Shown one piece after another: positions 24,424-37,617 of a stretch of 64,000 bases of DNA. Below the pieces are notes generated by a model. The model had not been told where the DNA came from and searched no databases. It saw only the letters and a list, made by a program, of their open reading frames with translations. The position numbers and the translations under genes were made by a program. Within the stretch, counting starts at the first letter, position 1. Every line of letters starts with the position of its first letter. The stretch is from Mobula hypostoma (taxonomy: Eukaryota), in NCBI RefSeq assembly GCF_963921235.1, contig NC_086097.1, positions 246,700,001 through 246,764,000 on the forward strand. The letters are read 5' to 3'.

Positions 24424-26046
24424 CTGTAAACCAAAACACAGTTTTAGAAGTCATCATCAAATAACACACATTCAAGTTACATGGAACACAGTCAATACAG
24501 TACAGTATAGATCGTACTCTAAGATCAATCCAACCCCTTTCTCCTACATAATTCTCAACTTTTCTATCATCTATGTGCCTATCTCAGAGCATATTAAATG
24601 CCTCTAATGTATCTGGCAGGGTGTTCCACACACCTACCACTCTCTGTGTAAAAAAACCTACCTCTGACATCCCCTTAATTATCTCCAATCACCTTAAAAT
24701 TATGCAGCCTAGTATGAGCCATTACCACCCTAGGAAACAGTCTCTGGCTATTTCTCCACTCCATGTATGCCTCTGACCAAGTTGTGCACATGAAAGATGT
24801 GACACAAACATAGCATTGACTTAAAAGAGAAGGAACGCACTGCAAATTGTAGACAGCCCAGTCAGACTGGTCTACAGATTTGAGACAAAGGGTGATTCCA
24901 GGAACGCAGTCTGGCTGCATTATCAATTGTATTATTATGTCTTTGCTACAGCTGGCTGAGTAGATAACTTTTGAAACAATGAGAGAAAATCATCAGGTGT
25001 AAGTTCTGAATGACAAATATACAAAAAATTTTGGAAATTGTAAAATCATGATACTTTCATGACCCCGTCTGCACACAAACAATGGTCATTTTTTTTTTGA
25101 TGAGCTTATACAACATTTAGAATTTTATTGCAAACTTCCAGGCTGCTTGATAGGAGTGCTGGGAAACAAATAGATAGATTTTGAACCTGAGCCACAGAAA
25201 AGGATAGCAAAGCAGATGAACAAACAGTTGGTCAACTATCTAAATAGGAGTAGCTCTATTTGTCACATTTACATTGAAACATACAGTGAAATGTGTTGTT
25301 TGCATCAAATCAAATCAGCAAGGATTGTGCTGGAGGCAGCCCAAAGTGGCGCCATGCTTCAAGTGGCAATATAGTATGCCCACAACTTGTTAACCCTAAC
25401 CTGTACATCTTTGGACTGTGGGAGGAAATCAGAGCACCTAGAGGAAATCCATTCAGTCGCGGGGAGAATGTACAAACTCCATACAGACAGCTGCAGGAAT
25501 TGAACCCTGGACTTATAGCTGATGCTGAAAAGCATTGTGGTAATTACTACTTTACCGTGCTGATCTTGAGAGACAAGTTAAAAGAGAGAACTAGAAGAGT
25601 TTTGGGAATGGAGTCCCAGGTCAGGCCAGCTGAAAGCAGAGCCGTTAGTGTTGAAGATATTAAAATCAATGTGCAAGATGGATATACAGTAAGAGTAGGA
25701 TTCCTGTAAGTTTGGAAACAAATAAAAATAAGGGAAAAGGGATCATTGTCACTGTCAAGTCAAATCGAATAAAATTCATTGTCATTTAACTATATACATG
25801 TTTACCACGAAACAAGATAACTTTTCTCCGCACCAGACCAGGGTGTAAAGCACAGTAGTAGTACACACACACAAACAAACACACAATAACACAGGAAAGG
25901 AAGAATTAAATCTACCAATGAATTATGCATAGATAAACAAAGCAAAGTGCATAAATTAAATATTGTAGGCTACAGAACAAATTATCCAGAGTCACTTCGA
26001 ACGTGATGATGTAGGGAGTTCAGAAGCCTAATGACCTGCGGAAAGA

Positions 26047-26213
26047 GGCGCAGTCGACGTTTCAGGCCGAGACCCTGACGAAGTCCTGACGAAGGGTCTC
26101 GGCCTGAAACGTCGACTGCGCCTCTTCCTATAGATGCTGCCTGGCCTGCTGCGTTCACCAGCAACTTTGATGTATGTTGCTTGAATTTCCAGCATCTGCA
26201 GAATTCCTGTTGT
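26047..26213 (+). mobile_element. Fold-back Penelope-repeat mini-insertion with hammerhead core
   Basis: Perfect 15-bp TSD TGACCTGCGGAAAGA (26032-26046, 26214-26228). The 5' part is the reverse complement of 26093-26128. Confidence 0.88.
26082..26117 (+). ncRNA. Putative minimal type I hammerhead ribozyme
   Basis: Stem I AGTC/GACT, core CTGACGA (26086-26092), stem II AGG..CCT, GAAA (26106-26109), palindromic stem III (ACGT), and predicted cleavage after GTC at 26113. Confidence 0.7.
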
Positions 26214-26254
26214 TGACCTGCGGAAAGAAGCTGTTTCCCACTCTGACTATTCAG

Positions 26255-27165
26255 AATTGGTGGAGGGGCAGGTAGTGCTGAGGAAACAGGAAGACTGCAG
26301 AAGGACTTAGGCAGATTAGGAGAATGGGCAAGAAAGTGGCAAATGAAATACACTGTTAGAAAATAATCATGCACTTTGGTAGTAGAAATAAATGTGAAGA
26401 ATATTTTCTAAAACGCGAGAAAATCCAAAAATCTGAGATGCAAAAGAGACTTGGGAGTTCTTGTGCAGAACACCCGAAAGGTTAACTTACAGGTTGAGTC
26501 GTTGGTGAGGAAGGCACATGCAATGTTACCATACTTTTCAAGAGGTATAGAGTATAAGAGCAGGGATGTGATGCTGAGGCTTCATAAGGCACTGGTGAGG
26601 ACTCTCCTTGAGTATTGTGAACAGTTTTGGGCTCCTTATCTAAGAAAAGATGTGGGGGTATTGGAGAGGATTCAGAGGTGTTTCACAAGGATGATTCCAG
26701 GAATGAAACGGTTTTCCTATGAGGAGCATTTGATGGCTCTGGGCCTGTACTCACTGGACATTAGAAGGATGAGGAGGGATCTCATTGAAACCTTCTGAAT
26801 GTTGAAAGGCCTAGTCAGAGTAGATGTGGAAAGGATGCTTTCCCATGGTGGGGGAGTCTAGGACAAGAGGGCACTGCCTCAGGATAGAGGGGTGTCCATT
26901 TAAAACAGAGATGCGGAAAAATTTCTTCAGCCAGAGTGGTGAATTTGTGGAATTTGTTTCCACAGGCAGCTATGGAGACCAGGTCGCTGGGTGTCTTTAA
27001 GGAGGAGTTTGATAGGTTCTTAATTGGTCACGGCATCAAAGGTTACAGTGAGAAGGCCTAGGAGTGGGACTGAGGAGGGGGATAAAAAAGGATCAGCCAT
27101 GATTGAATGGCGGAGAAGACTCAATGGGCCAAGTGGTCGAATTCTGCTCCTCCATCTTATGGTCT
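26255..27165 (+). mobile_element. CR1 3' fragment
   Basis: ORF 26451..26798 (LVRTLLEYCEQFWAPYLRKD) plus 3'UTR. Confidence 0.88.
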
Positions 27166-27222
27166 TCTTGTCTTTATGCACCAGAGTCTCCTGCCTGATG
27201 GTAGAATGTCAGTTGTGGGAAA

Positions 27223-27740
27223 AGCTAAAGATGGCGCCAGCGATTTTTGTGGGCCTGGGCGACTTCTTCCAGTCTGTCCATGAAACAGTTTAAATCTCCT
27301 GTTCTCATGTCTCTTCTTTCCTTTTCAAGTTGACTGGGGTTGATGATCTGTAGCTGTGCTCAAGCTACGGTCTTCATGGGTGGTGGGTTCTCACTCTCAG
27401 AACTCACTGAGCGGCCCAGTGATTCAGATCTCCAGGAATAGCTTGGAAGATGTATGTCTTTGGGGTGCATCCCTGTGGATGACTCGATTCCTCACCGACA
27501 TCACCAGCTGAAGCGTCGCAGGAGATGGAAACATTGAGACAGCAGGCGTTGCTGTCAGAGGCCTCTACACTCCAGTGGTATCTCTCTATCTTTCAATGGA
27601 GAGTGAGTCTGCTGGCTCCGGATCAGGGGAACTCGAATAAGCGACGCTGAAGTTTTGTGGATGTCTGTGAAGAGTAAGAATTTCAGGTTCTATACTGTAC
27701 ACATTCTCTGATATTAAATGGAACCGTTGAACTATTGAAA
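27223..27740 (+). mobile_element. Non-autonomous retroelement (5' AAGATGGCG, 3' ttgaac tail)
   Basis: Starts GCTAAAGATGGCGCCAGCG. Its 3' end (GAGTAAGAATTTCAG...CTCTGATATTAAA..GAAC) is shared with 19730-19810. Confidence 0.55.
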
Positions 27741-28009
27741 GAGGGTGCTGGATGGATAGATGGGATCTTTGAAAATACTAAGGGCCCAGGGTACACAGCA
27801 CTCCTGATAAACTCCTGATATTTTGGCTTGTGCTTAGGCTCATGTGTTGTTTATTTTGTGCCTATCAGCTGTGTGCCTTGTTGTTTATATCTGTGTTTCT
27901 TGTATTTGTGATTTTAGCTACCTGTTATGGATTGTACAGCACTTTGGTCAACCTGAGTTGTTTTTAAATGTGCTTTATAAATAAATTTGACCTGACTTGA
28001 CTCCTGATA

Positions 28010-28765
28010 AATGTCCCCGATAGATGGTAGGAAGGTCCCTATTTCCCAAATTCCCTCGGGATCAATGAAGTATATCTATCTATGATCCTCTCAGCTGTTC
28101 CCACAGTTCTGTGTGGGGATTTCCAGTCCGATGCTCTGCTGTTCTTATACCGGGTGGTAATGCAGCTCGTCAGGACACTCTCAATCATGCTCCTGTAAAA
28201 ATTCAGACAAGGTGGTGAGGAGGGTGGGAAGCCTCACTGGCCTCAATCTCCTCAGAAAGTGGAGGTGCTGCTGTGCCTTCTTACTCAGGGAGGTGATATT
28301 CAGAGATCAGTTTGTGACATGGACTCCCAGGAATTTGGCACACTTAACTCTCTCTACGGAGGAGGCATGCATGTGTGGGTAGGAGGAGTGGTTCATCTGC
28401 ACCTTCCGAAAGTCCACAATCGTTTCCTTGGTCTTCTCCACATTCAAACTTAGATTGCTGTTCTCACACCAGTCCATCAGCCGCTCCACTTCCTCTCTGT
28501 ACACATTCTCTGATATTAAATGGAACCGTTGAACTATTGAAAGAGGATGCTGGATGGATAGATGGGATCTTTGAAAATACTAAGGGCCCAGGGTATACAG
28601 CACTCCTGATAAACTCATCGTTGTTGTGTCATCCGCAAACTTGATGATATGGTTTGAGATGAACCCTGACACAGTAATGTGTCCGCAGTGTGAACAGCAG
28701 CGGGCTGAACACACAGCCCTACGGAGCACCAGAGCTCAACATAGTGGGACTAGAGACATTTCTGA
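28010..28765 (-). mobile_element. Rex/Babar-type LINE fragment
   Basis: YREEVERLMDWCENSNLSLNVEKTKETIVDFRK. Confidence 0.8.
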
Positions 28766-28779
28766 AATGTCTCTACTGA

Positions 28780-29535
28780 CAACTTGTCTGTGTGGACTCA
28801 GAACTGGCTCGCTCACAGAAGGCAGAGGGTGATAAAAGATGGAGCGTATTCTACCTGGAGGTCAGTGATCAGTTGTGTTCTACATGTATTTGTTCTGGGA
28901 CCCTGGCTCTTCATGATCTTTATAAATGACTTGGATGAGGAAGTGGAAGGGTGAGACTGCGGAAGACAAGAAGGTCAATGGAATTGTGGATAGTGTAGAA
29001 GGTTGCAGTGGGACATTGATAGGACACAGAGCAGGGCTGAGAAGTGGCAGATGGAGTTCAACCCAGAAAACTGTAAAGTCATTCACTTTGGAAGATCAAA
29101 CTTGGAGAAGTACAAGTTTAGTGGCAGGATTGTGAGCAGTACAGAGGAACAGAGGGGTCTTGGGGTCCAAGTACAGAGATCCCTCAAAGTTGCCATGCAA
29201 GTTGATAGGTTGAATGTCTTTTTTACCATGTGAACTTGGCTACATGGATTCAGAACTGGCTTGTTCACAGAAGGCAGAGGGAAAAGATGTATTAGGAACT
29301 TGAGCAGCAATGTTTTGCACACAGCGAGTGGCCAGTATATCTGCCAGAGAAAGCGGTTGAATCAAGTACAATAACAAGTGCTACAATGCACTGGGACAGG
29401 TATGTGGATAGGAAAGGTTTACAGGGATATGGGCCAAACATGGGAAAATTGGAACAGCTTGGATTAGCCATCTGGGTTGGCATGGATCAGTTGGGCTGAA
29501 GGGCCTGGTTCCATGCTGAATTACTCCAACTCTAT
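28780..29535 (+). mobile_element. CR1 fragments
   Basis: AEKWQMEFNPENCKVIHFGRSN plus a 3'UTR piece. Confidence 0.8.
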
Positions 29536-30499
29536 TAATAACTTGGGTTAGCTATTCAAATTAAACATTTACACAAATGTCCATTAAATCTTGGATTTCT
29601 TTTTTGCAATTAACCTGCAGCAAAGTGTGATGGGCATCCCAGGGTGAAGTCTGAAGTTGGATGGAGCCTGATGTCTGCAAGTCTAAGAATCCAAGAACAA
29701 GGACTGAAAGTGTCCTGTCCTACTAGGGTTAGAGGCTTGTTTGGGTGTATGGATGGGTGGGTGGGAGGCTGGGAAAGGGGCTTGCTTTGCTGTTGTTGTT
29801 TTGTTTTGCGTTTTTGTTGCTGCTGCTATCTGCTGAACATGGTGGGCATGATGTGTTGCCACTGGAATGTGTGGCAACTCCTGCAGTTTGCCCCCTGCAT
29901 ATCCTTAGATTGTGTTGGTTGTTAATGGAAACGACACATCTCACTATCTTTCAATGTACATGTGATTAATAAATCTGAATCTGATAGTTGCCAATTAACC
30001 TACCAGCAAGTCTTTGGAATGTGGGATGCAACCAGAGCACCTGGGAGAAACAGTGTTAAAAAAAATAGAACATACAAACATAGTAACTTGTAGCCATGCT
30101 ATGTTGGTGCCGGAAGTACGGACACTTACTGGCTGCCCTCAGCATACCTAGGAGTGTGTTGGCCATTGACGAAAATGACATTGTTCCAATATGCTAGTGA
30201 CAAGTAAAGTTAATCTTTAAAAAAAACTTATAACAGACATCCTGATATCCAAAATATCAAACTTAAGATAATTTTAGTAAATGTAAGGTTTTCATTTCTA
30301 TCATATTAATACATTAAAATGGTTGTAAAGAAAGCCTCACATTTATGTGTTTTTCACATTCACATTCAAAAGTGCCTGACTGCAAATTAAGCAATTTTGA
30401 AATGGAGTTACCAATTTAATATAGAAACAACATCAGCCAACTTGCACTCATCAAACTTCCAGAATCTGCACTGATAACGATCAGGATGTTGACTCACAG

Positions 30500-30955
30500 A
30501 TAAACATAGGCCAGTGCACCAGAGATGACTCCCTTAGTCTTTGAAATAATGCCAATACATCTATTATGTGACTACACAGGGCAAAGGTTATCTTACATTC
30601 TTTTCTCATCTGAGGCTCAGTTTGCTCTCCAGTGTAGACATAAAATACATCACTACACAATTTTGAGGAGCAAAGGGTTATTCCCTATTTCTAGCTAATA
30701 ATTATCTCTCAATCCACATTCCTAAAAGCACAGATTACTCAGACAACCACATTACTGATAGTGAAAGCCCATGGCATGTAAATTGTCTGTCACATTTCCG
30801 TATTCAAAATGTAACTTCATTGACTGTACAGTGGTTTGGGACTTTCTGTTAGAGGTGTGAAAGGTACCACCCAAATGCAAATTGACCATCACGTTTCTAC
30901 ATTAAAATAGAAGTTCAGAAGTATTCATTGGCTATAAAGTCCTATGGGATGTTCA
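30500..30955. mobile_element. Ancient Deu-domain SINE (SacSINE1/AmnSINE1-like) remnants; the tail continues at 37265-37415
   Basis: Heavily diverged match, from memory, to GAGCAGGGG..TTCTCCC...ATTTATCCCTCAA...CAGATTA...TTCATTGGCTGTAAAG...GTGAAAGG..CTAT..AAATGCAAG. Confidence 0.55.
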
Positions 30956-32436
30956 AAGTAAATTTTATTATCAAAGTACATATATGTCACCATATACAGC
31001 CCTGAGATTCATTTTCTTGAGGGCATACTCAATAACTCTGATGTTAATAATAACCATAACAGATTCAATGAAAGTGCCACTAGTAGCGTAGTGGATAGCA
31101 CAATACTTTACAGTACCAGTGACCCAGGTTTAATTCCTGCCACTGCCTGTATAGAGTTTCCATGTTCACCCTGTGACCGCGATGGATTCCTCCGGGTGCA
31201 CAAAGACCATAAGACTATAAGACACAGGAGCAGAATTAGGCCATTTGGCCCATAGAGTTCACTCCGCCATTCAATCGTGGCTGATCTTTTTTTTCCCTCA
31301 GCCACACTCCCCGGAACCTTTGATGCTATATCCAATCAAGAACCTATCAAGCTCTGCCTTAAATACACCCAACGACTTGGCCTTCACCCAGCTGCCTGCA
31401 GTAACAAATTCCCCAAATTCACCACCCTCTGGCTAAAGAAATTGCTCCACATCTCTGTTTTAAATGGGTGCCCCTTTATCCTGAGGTTGTGCTCACTTGT
31501 CCTAGACTTCCCCGTCATGGGAAACATCCTTTCCACAACTACTCTGTCTAGCCCTTTCAACATTTGAAAGTTTTCAACGAGATCCCCCCACCCCATCCTT
31601 CTAAATTCCAGCAAGTACAGACCCAGAGCCATCAAACATTCCTCGTATGATAACCTTTTCATTTCTGGAATCATCCTTGTGAACCTCCTATGAACCCTCT
31701 CCAATGCCTGCCAGCACATCTTTTCTTACGTGAGAAGCCAAAAACTGCTACAATACTCAAGGTGAGGCATCACCAGTGCCTTATAAAGCATCAACATCAC
31801 ATCCCTGCTCTTGTATTCTAGACCTCTTAAAATGAATGCTAACCTTGCACTTGCCTTTCTCACCACCAACTCAACCTGCAAGTTAACCTTTAGGGTGTTC
31901 TGCACAACGATTCCCAAGTCCCTTTGTATCTCAGATTTTTGGATTTTCTCCCTGTTTAGAAAATAGTCTGTACATTTATTTCTACTACCAAAGTGCATGA
32001 CCATGCATTTTTCAACATTGTATTTTTTTGCCACTTTCTTGCCCATTCTCCTAATCTGTCCGTCCCTCTGCAGCCTAATTTTCCTCAACACTACCTGCCC
32101 CTCCACCAATCTTCGCATCATCTGCAAATTTGGCAACAAAGCCATATATTCCATCATCTAAATCACTGATCTACAGCAATAAAAGAAAATGTTCCCAACA
32201 CTGACCCCTGTAGAACACCACTAGTCACTGGTAGCCAACCAGAAAAGGATCCTTTTATTCCCACACACTGCCTCCTACCAATCAGCCTATGCTCTAACCA
32301 TGTTAGTAACTTTCCTGTAATACCATGGGCTCTTAACTTGCTAAGCAGCCTCATGTGGCACCTTGTCAAAGGCCTTCTGAGAGTACAAATGTGCAGCATC
32401 CACTCTATCCCCTTTATCTTTCCTACTTGTAATCTG

Positions 32437-33440
32437 CATGGAGGTCACTGACCAGTGTTGTTCCACAGGAATCTGTTCTGGGACCCCTCCTCTTGGTGAT
32501 TTTTATAAATGACCTGGATGAAGAAGTAGAAGGGTGAATTGGTAAGTTTGCTGATGACACAAAGGAGGTTGGGGGTGTTGTGGATAGTCTGGAGGGTTGT
32601 CAGATGTTACAGCGGGACATCGATAGGACATGGAACTGGTCTGAGACATGGCAGATGGACTTCAACCCAGATAAGTGTGAATGGTTCATTTTGGTAGGTC
32701 AAACTTGAATATAGTATTAATGGTAAGACTCTTGGCAGCGTGGAAGATCTGAAAGACCTTGGGGTCTGTGTCGCTAGGACACTCAAAGCTGCTGCGCAGG
32801 TTGACAGGGTTAAGAAAGCATATGGTGTGTTGGCATTCATCAACCGTGGGATTGAGTTCAAGAGCCATGAGGTAATGTTACAGCTATATAAGACCTTAGT
32901 CAGACCCCACTTGCGGTTCGGTGTTCAGTTCTGGTCACCTCATTACAGGAAGGCTGTAGATACTATAGAGAGAGTGCAAAGGAGATTTACAAGGATGTTG
33001 CCTGGATTGGAGGGCATACCTTAACGACAATGGGTTGAGTGTACTCGGCCTTTTCTTCTTGGAGTGATGGAGGATGAGAGGTGACCTGATAGAGGTGTAT
33101 AAGATAATGAGGGGCATTGATTGTGTGGCTAGCCAGAGGCTTTTTCTCAGGGCTGAAATGGCTAACACGAGGGGGCATAGTTTCAAGGTGCTTGGAAATA
33201 GGTACCGAAGGAATGTCAGGGGTAGGTTTTTCACACAGAAAGTGGTTGGGTGTGTAGAATGCACTGTCGGCGACAGTGGTAGAAGCGGATACAATATGGT
33301 CTTTTAAGAGACTCCTGGATAGGTCCATGGAGCTTAGAAAAATAGAGGGCTATGCACTAGGAAAATTCTCGGCAGTCTCTAGAGTAAGTTACATGGTCGG
33401 CACAACATTGCGGGCCAAAGGGCCTGCAATGTTCTACATT
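32437..33440 (+). mobile_element. CR1 3' fragment inserted antisense into the previous CR1
   Basis: ORFs 32740..33024 and 33074..33307. The host CR1 resumes at about 33440. Confidence 0.85.
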
Positions 33441-34392
33441 CCTCAAAGAATTGCAACAGGTTTGTCAGGCAAGATTTTCACTGAAGGAAACCATGTTGAC
33501 TGTCTCCTATCTTGTCCTTTGTCACCAAGTACTCCATAACCTTAATAACTGACTCCAACAGCTTCTCAACCACTGAGGTCAGGCTAACGGGTCTATAATT
33601 TCCTTTCTGCTACCTTCCTCCTTTCTTAAAAAGTGGAGGGACACTTGCAATTTTCCAGTCCTCTGGCACCATGCCAGAGTCCAATGATTTTTAAAAGATC
33701 ATTACGAATGCCTCTACAATCTCTACTGCAACCTTTTTCAGAATCCTAGGGTGTAGTTCATCTGGTCCAGGTGACTTATGAACCCTTAGGTCTTTCAGCT
33801 TTTGAGCACCTACTCCCTAGTAATAATAGTAACTCCACTCACTTATCTTCCCTCACACCCTTCAATATCTGGCACTGTTATTGTATTCCACAGTGAAGAC
33901 TGATGCAAAATACTCATTGAGTTCATCTGCCATCTCCTTGTCCTCCGTTATTATTTCTCCGGCCTCATTTTTTAGTAGTCTTATATCCACACTCATATCT
34001 TTCATTTTTTTAGATACTTGAAAAAGGTTTTACTGCGTACTTTGATAATATTTGCTAGCTTGCTTTCATATTTTACCTTTTCCCTCCTAATGATGCTTTT
34101 AGTTGCTTTCTGTAGGTTTTAAAAAGCTTCCCAATCCTCTATCTTCCCACTAATTTTTGCTTTGTTGTATGCCCTCTCTTTTGCTTTTACTTTAGCTTTA
34201 ACTACCCTCGTCTGCCACAGTTGTATTATTTTGCCATTTGAGTATTTCTTCATTTGTGGAATACATCTATCCTGCACCTTCCCCATTTTTTCCCAGAAAC
34301 TCACACCAGTGCTGCTCTGCTGTCATCCCTGCCAGCTTCTCCTTTCAATTTACTTTGGCCAACTCCTCTCTCATACCACAGTAATTTCCTTT

Positions 34393-34700
34393 CATCATCA
34401 TCATCATTAGGTGCCATGCCCAGTTTGAGCTTTGACTGCTATGGCCCACACACTCCTGTTTCGGGTCAAGTGGATCAATTCATTGGTATTCATTTCCAGT
34501 TCTCCGGCTGCTGTCCCCATCATCATTTGTCTTTGTCTTCCTCTTGCTTTCTTCCCTTCAATCTTTCCCATAATTACCGTGCATTCTAACTCCTCTTTCC
34601 TAATCACATGTCCAATGAAGTTACGTTGCCTTTTCATGATCTCATACATTATTTCTCTTTTTTTGTTTGCTCTGTTCATGACATCCTCGTTAGATATTCG
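34393..34700 (-). mobile_element. RTE-clade LINE 3' fragment with (GAT)n tail
   Basis: FIGHVIRKEELECTVIMGKIEGKKARGRQR, with TSD TTTCC(T/C)TT. Near-identical to 46177-46719. Confidence 0.85.
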
Positions 34701-37014
34701 TTTCCCTTACTCCACTGAAATACTGCTAAGTCAGTCTTTACTTTTCTCGCAATCGAATTTCAAGTTGAACTCAATCTATATTGTGATTACTGCCTCCTAA
34801 GGGTTCTTTTACCTTAAGCTCCCTAATCATCTCCAGTTCAATACATAGCCCCCAATCCAGTATAGCTGAACCGCTAGTAAGCACAATGACAAACTGCTTT
34901 AAAAAGCCATTTCATAGGTGTTCAACAAACTTACTCTCCTGAGATCTATTTCCAGCCTGATTTTCCCAATTAACATGCATGGTGAAATTTCCATGACTAT
35001 TATAACATTGTTCTTTTGACAAGCCTTTTCTATTTCCCATTGTAATCTGGGGTCCACATCCCAGCTTCTGTTTGGAGGCCTGTATATAACCGCCAACAGG
35101 GCCCTTTTACCCTTGCAGTTTCTCAACCTAACCCACAAGGATTCAACATCTTTTTATCCTAAATCACATCTTTCTGCTGATTTGATGCCATTCTTTACCA
35201 GCAGAGCCACACCACACCTTCTGCCTACTTTCCTATCCCTCCGATACAATGTGTAACCTTGGACATTTAGCCCCTAGCTACAACCATCCTTCAGTCACAG
35301 TTCAGTGATGGCCACAATATCATAGCTGTCAATCTGTAATAGTGCAACAAGATCATCCCTCTTAGTTCTTATAATCTGTATAATTTTATAATCTTATAAT
35401 TATATTTCTTATAATTCGAGTACCTTATTTGCTACCCATTTGATTTTACATCCCTAATGCACTGATACTCACCCTGCTGGCTGCAATTTCGTCCTGTCAT
35501 CTGCCTGCCTTTCCTGACAGTCTGACTGCACACTATCTTTATTAACATCCGTCCTATCTTGAGTCCTTTCACTCCAGTTCCCACCCCCTGCCAAATTAGC
35601 TTAAAGCCTCCCCAACAGCTCCATCAAACCTGCCCGTGAGAATACTAGTCCCCTTTGGGTTCAGGTGCAACCCGTCACTTTTGTACAGCTCATACCTCCC
35701 CCAGAAGAGATCTCAATGAACCAAGAACCTGAAGCCCTGCCCCCTGCACCAGCTTCTCAGCCACGCATTAATCTGCCAAATCATCCTGGTTCTACCCTCA
35801 CAGTCAGCAATCCAGAAATTACTACCCTGGGGATCCTACTTCTCAGCTTTCTACCTAGTTCTCCAAATTCTCTTTTCAAGATTTCTTTGCTTTTCCTATG
35901 TCATTGGTACCAGTAGGTACCAAGACATCTGGCTGTTCTCCCTCCCCTTCCAAAATGCTATGGATGTGATTCGAGATGTCCCTGACCCTGGCACCAGGGA
36001 GACGGCATACCATTCGGGTGTCCCATTCACATTCACAGAATCTCCTGTCTGTTCCCCTGACTATTGAGCCCCTATCACTACCACTCCCCTCTTCTCCTCT
36101 GCACCACGGACCCATGCTCAGTGCCAGTAACATGGTCTCCATGGTATTCCCCTGGGTGGTCATTCCCTACAACGGCATCCAAAGCAGTATACTTATTATT
36201 GAAGGGAAGCCAAAGGGGTGCTCTGCACTAACTGCCTTCACATTTGCATTTCCCTGGATAGTCACCCAGCTACTCACCTCCTGCAACTTAGGGGTAACTA
36301 CTTCCCTGCAACTCTGATCGACTATCTCCTCGCTCTCCTATACAAGTTAAAGATCATGCAGCTGCTGTTCCATATTCCCAACATGGTCTTCAAGAAGCTG
36401 CAGCCGGATGCACTTCATGTAGATGTAGTTCCCTGGGAGACTCAGGGTCTCCCAGGACTCCAACATCCGGCATGAAGAGCACACAACGGCCATTTACTAC
36501 ACTAGGGTAAGAGGAGAAAAAAAAGAGAACCTTAACAGAAACTAACCCAGAGCCAACATTCTTTTGAGCTGAAGCCTCCTTTAAGCCAAAGCCTGACACT
36601 CCTACTCTCACTCTGGCCTACTCCCAACAATAGCCACCCTTCTGTACTTTTAAACAAGTGTCGCCAACCTGCGAAAAACCTTGTTGCTGTAGCCTGCTCC
36701 TGCCGCTGAACGGGCCATCAGAATGAGCCCGAACCACCCACAAAGCTCTCCTTTTAAACAAGTGTCGCCAACGTGCAAGAACCCTCGTTGCTGTGTGCTG
36801 CTCCCGTTGCTGATTGGCCACCAGGATCAGTACCAGCTGGTAAGCTAACTGGTCATTCTAAATTGTCCCATGATCAGGCTAGGTATAAATCAGGGCATTG
36901 CTGGGCAGCATGGCTCGAAGGTGCCAGAAAGGCCTATTCCACGCTGTATCTCAATAAATAAACAAACTAGGGCATTCAACCAGAGTGCAGAAGGCAACAA
37001 GCTGCGGCGGGGGC

Positions 37015-37140
37015 GGGGAGGAGGAAGAGGAGGAGGGGTAGGAGGAGGAGGAGAAGGGAGGAAGAGGAGGAGGAGGAGGGAGGAAGGGGAGGAAGAGGAG
37101 AAAGAGGAGGAAGAGGAGGAGGAGGAGGAAGAAAAAGAAA
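37015..37140 (+). repeat. (GGA/GAA)n purine-rich microsatellite
   Basis: Seen directly in the sequence. Confidence 0.9.
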
Positions 37141-37617
37141 TAATTATAGAGAAGAGTCCTTGAAAGTGAGTCCATTGGTTGTGAAAACATTTCAATGTTG
37201 AGGTAAGTGAAGTTGAGTGAAGTTATCTACTTTGGTTCAAGAGCTTGATGGTTGAGGGGTAGTTCTTTTAGAGGTGTGAAAGGTACTATCCAAACGCAAA
37301 TTAGCTATCACATTTCTATATTAAAAATGTAATTTCAAAAGTATTCATTGGCTGTAAAGTGTTTTGAGACGTTCTCTTAGAGATGCAAGGAGTACTATCC
37401 AAATGCAAGTCATTCTTTAAAGATATTTTTCACACTTTTCCCTCTTCAATTAAATATAAATCTGTAAAATTCCCTCAGTTAAAATATATTGTTCTAAATT
37501 TGCTCTCCTGTGAAGCACTTAATTATTGACTCTAATGTGTAAAATCAAAGAACACAAAAATTTGTCTCTGACAAGAAAACAGATGAACAGGAAACAGTGG
37601 GATTATATAAAGCATTT

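Larger units (their letters stand above)
31206..36830 (-). mobile_element. Near full-length decayed CR1 LINE (5'UTR, ORF1 Zn finger plus SGNH esterase, EN, RT, 3'UTR)
   Basis: ORF1 GSIVRGTDRRFC...MVCRLPGARVRD...GTND, EN AVIYRPPN, RT motifs at 31384-32399, and a (cataaga) tail at about 31206. Confidence 0.9.

Noticed and set aside
36645..36800. ~45-bp direct repeat
   Set aside because: It lies in the CR1 5'UTR, where tandem subrepeats are ordinary.
36870..37195. Poly-Glu, poly-Ser and poly-Leu ORFs
   Set aside because: These are translations of a GGA/GAA microsatellite.
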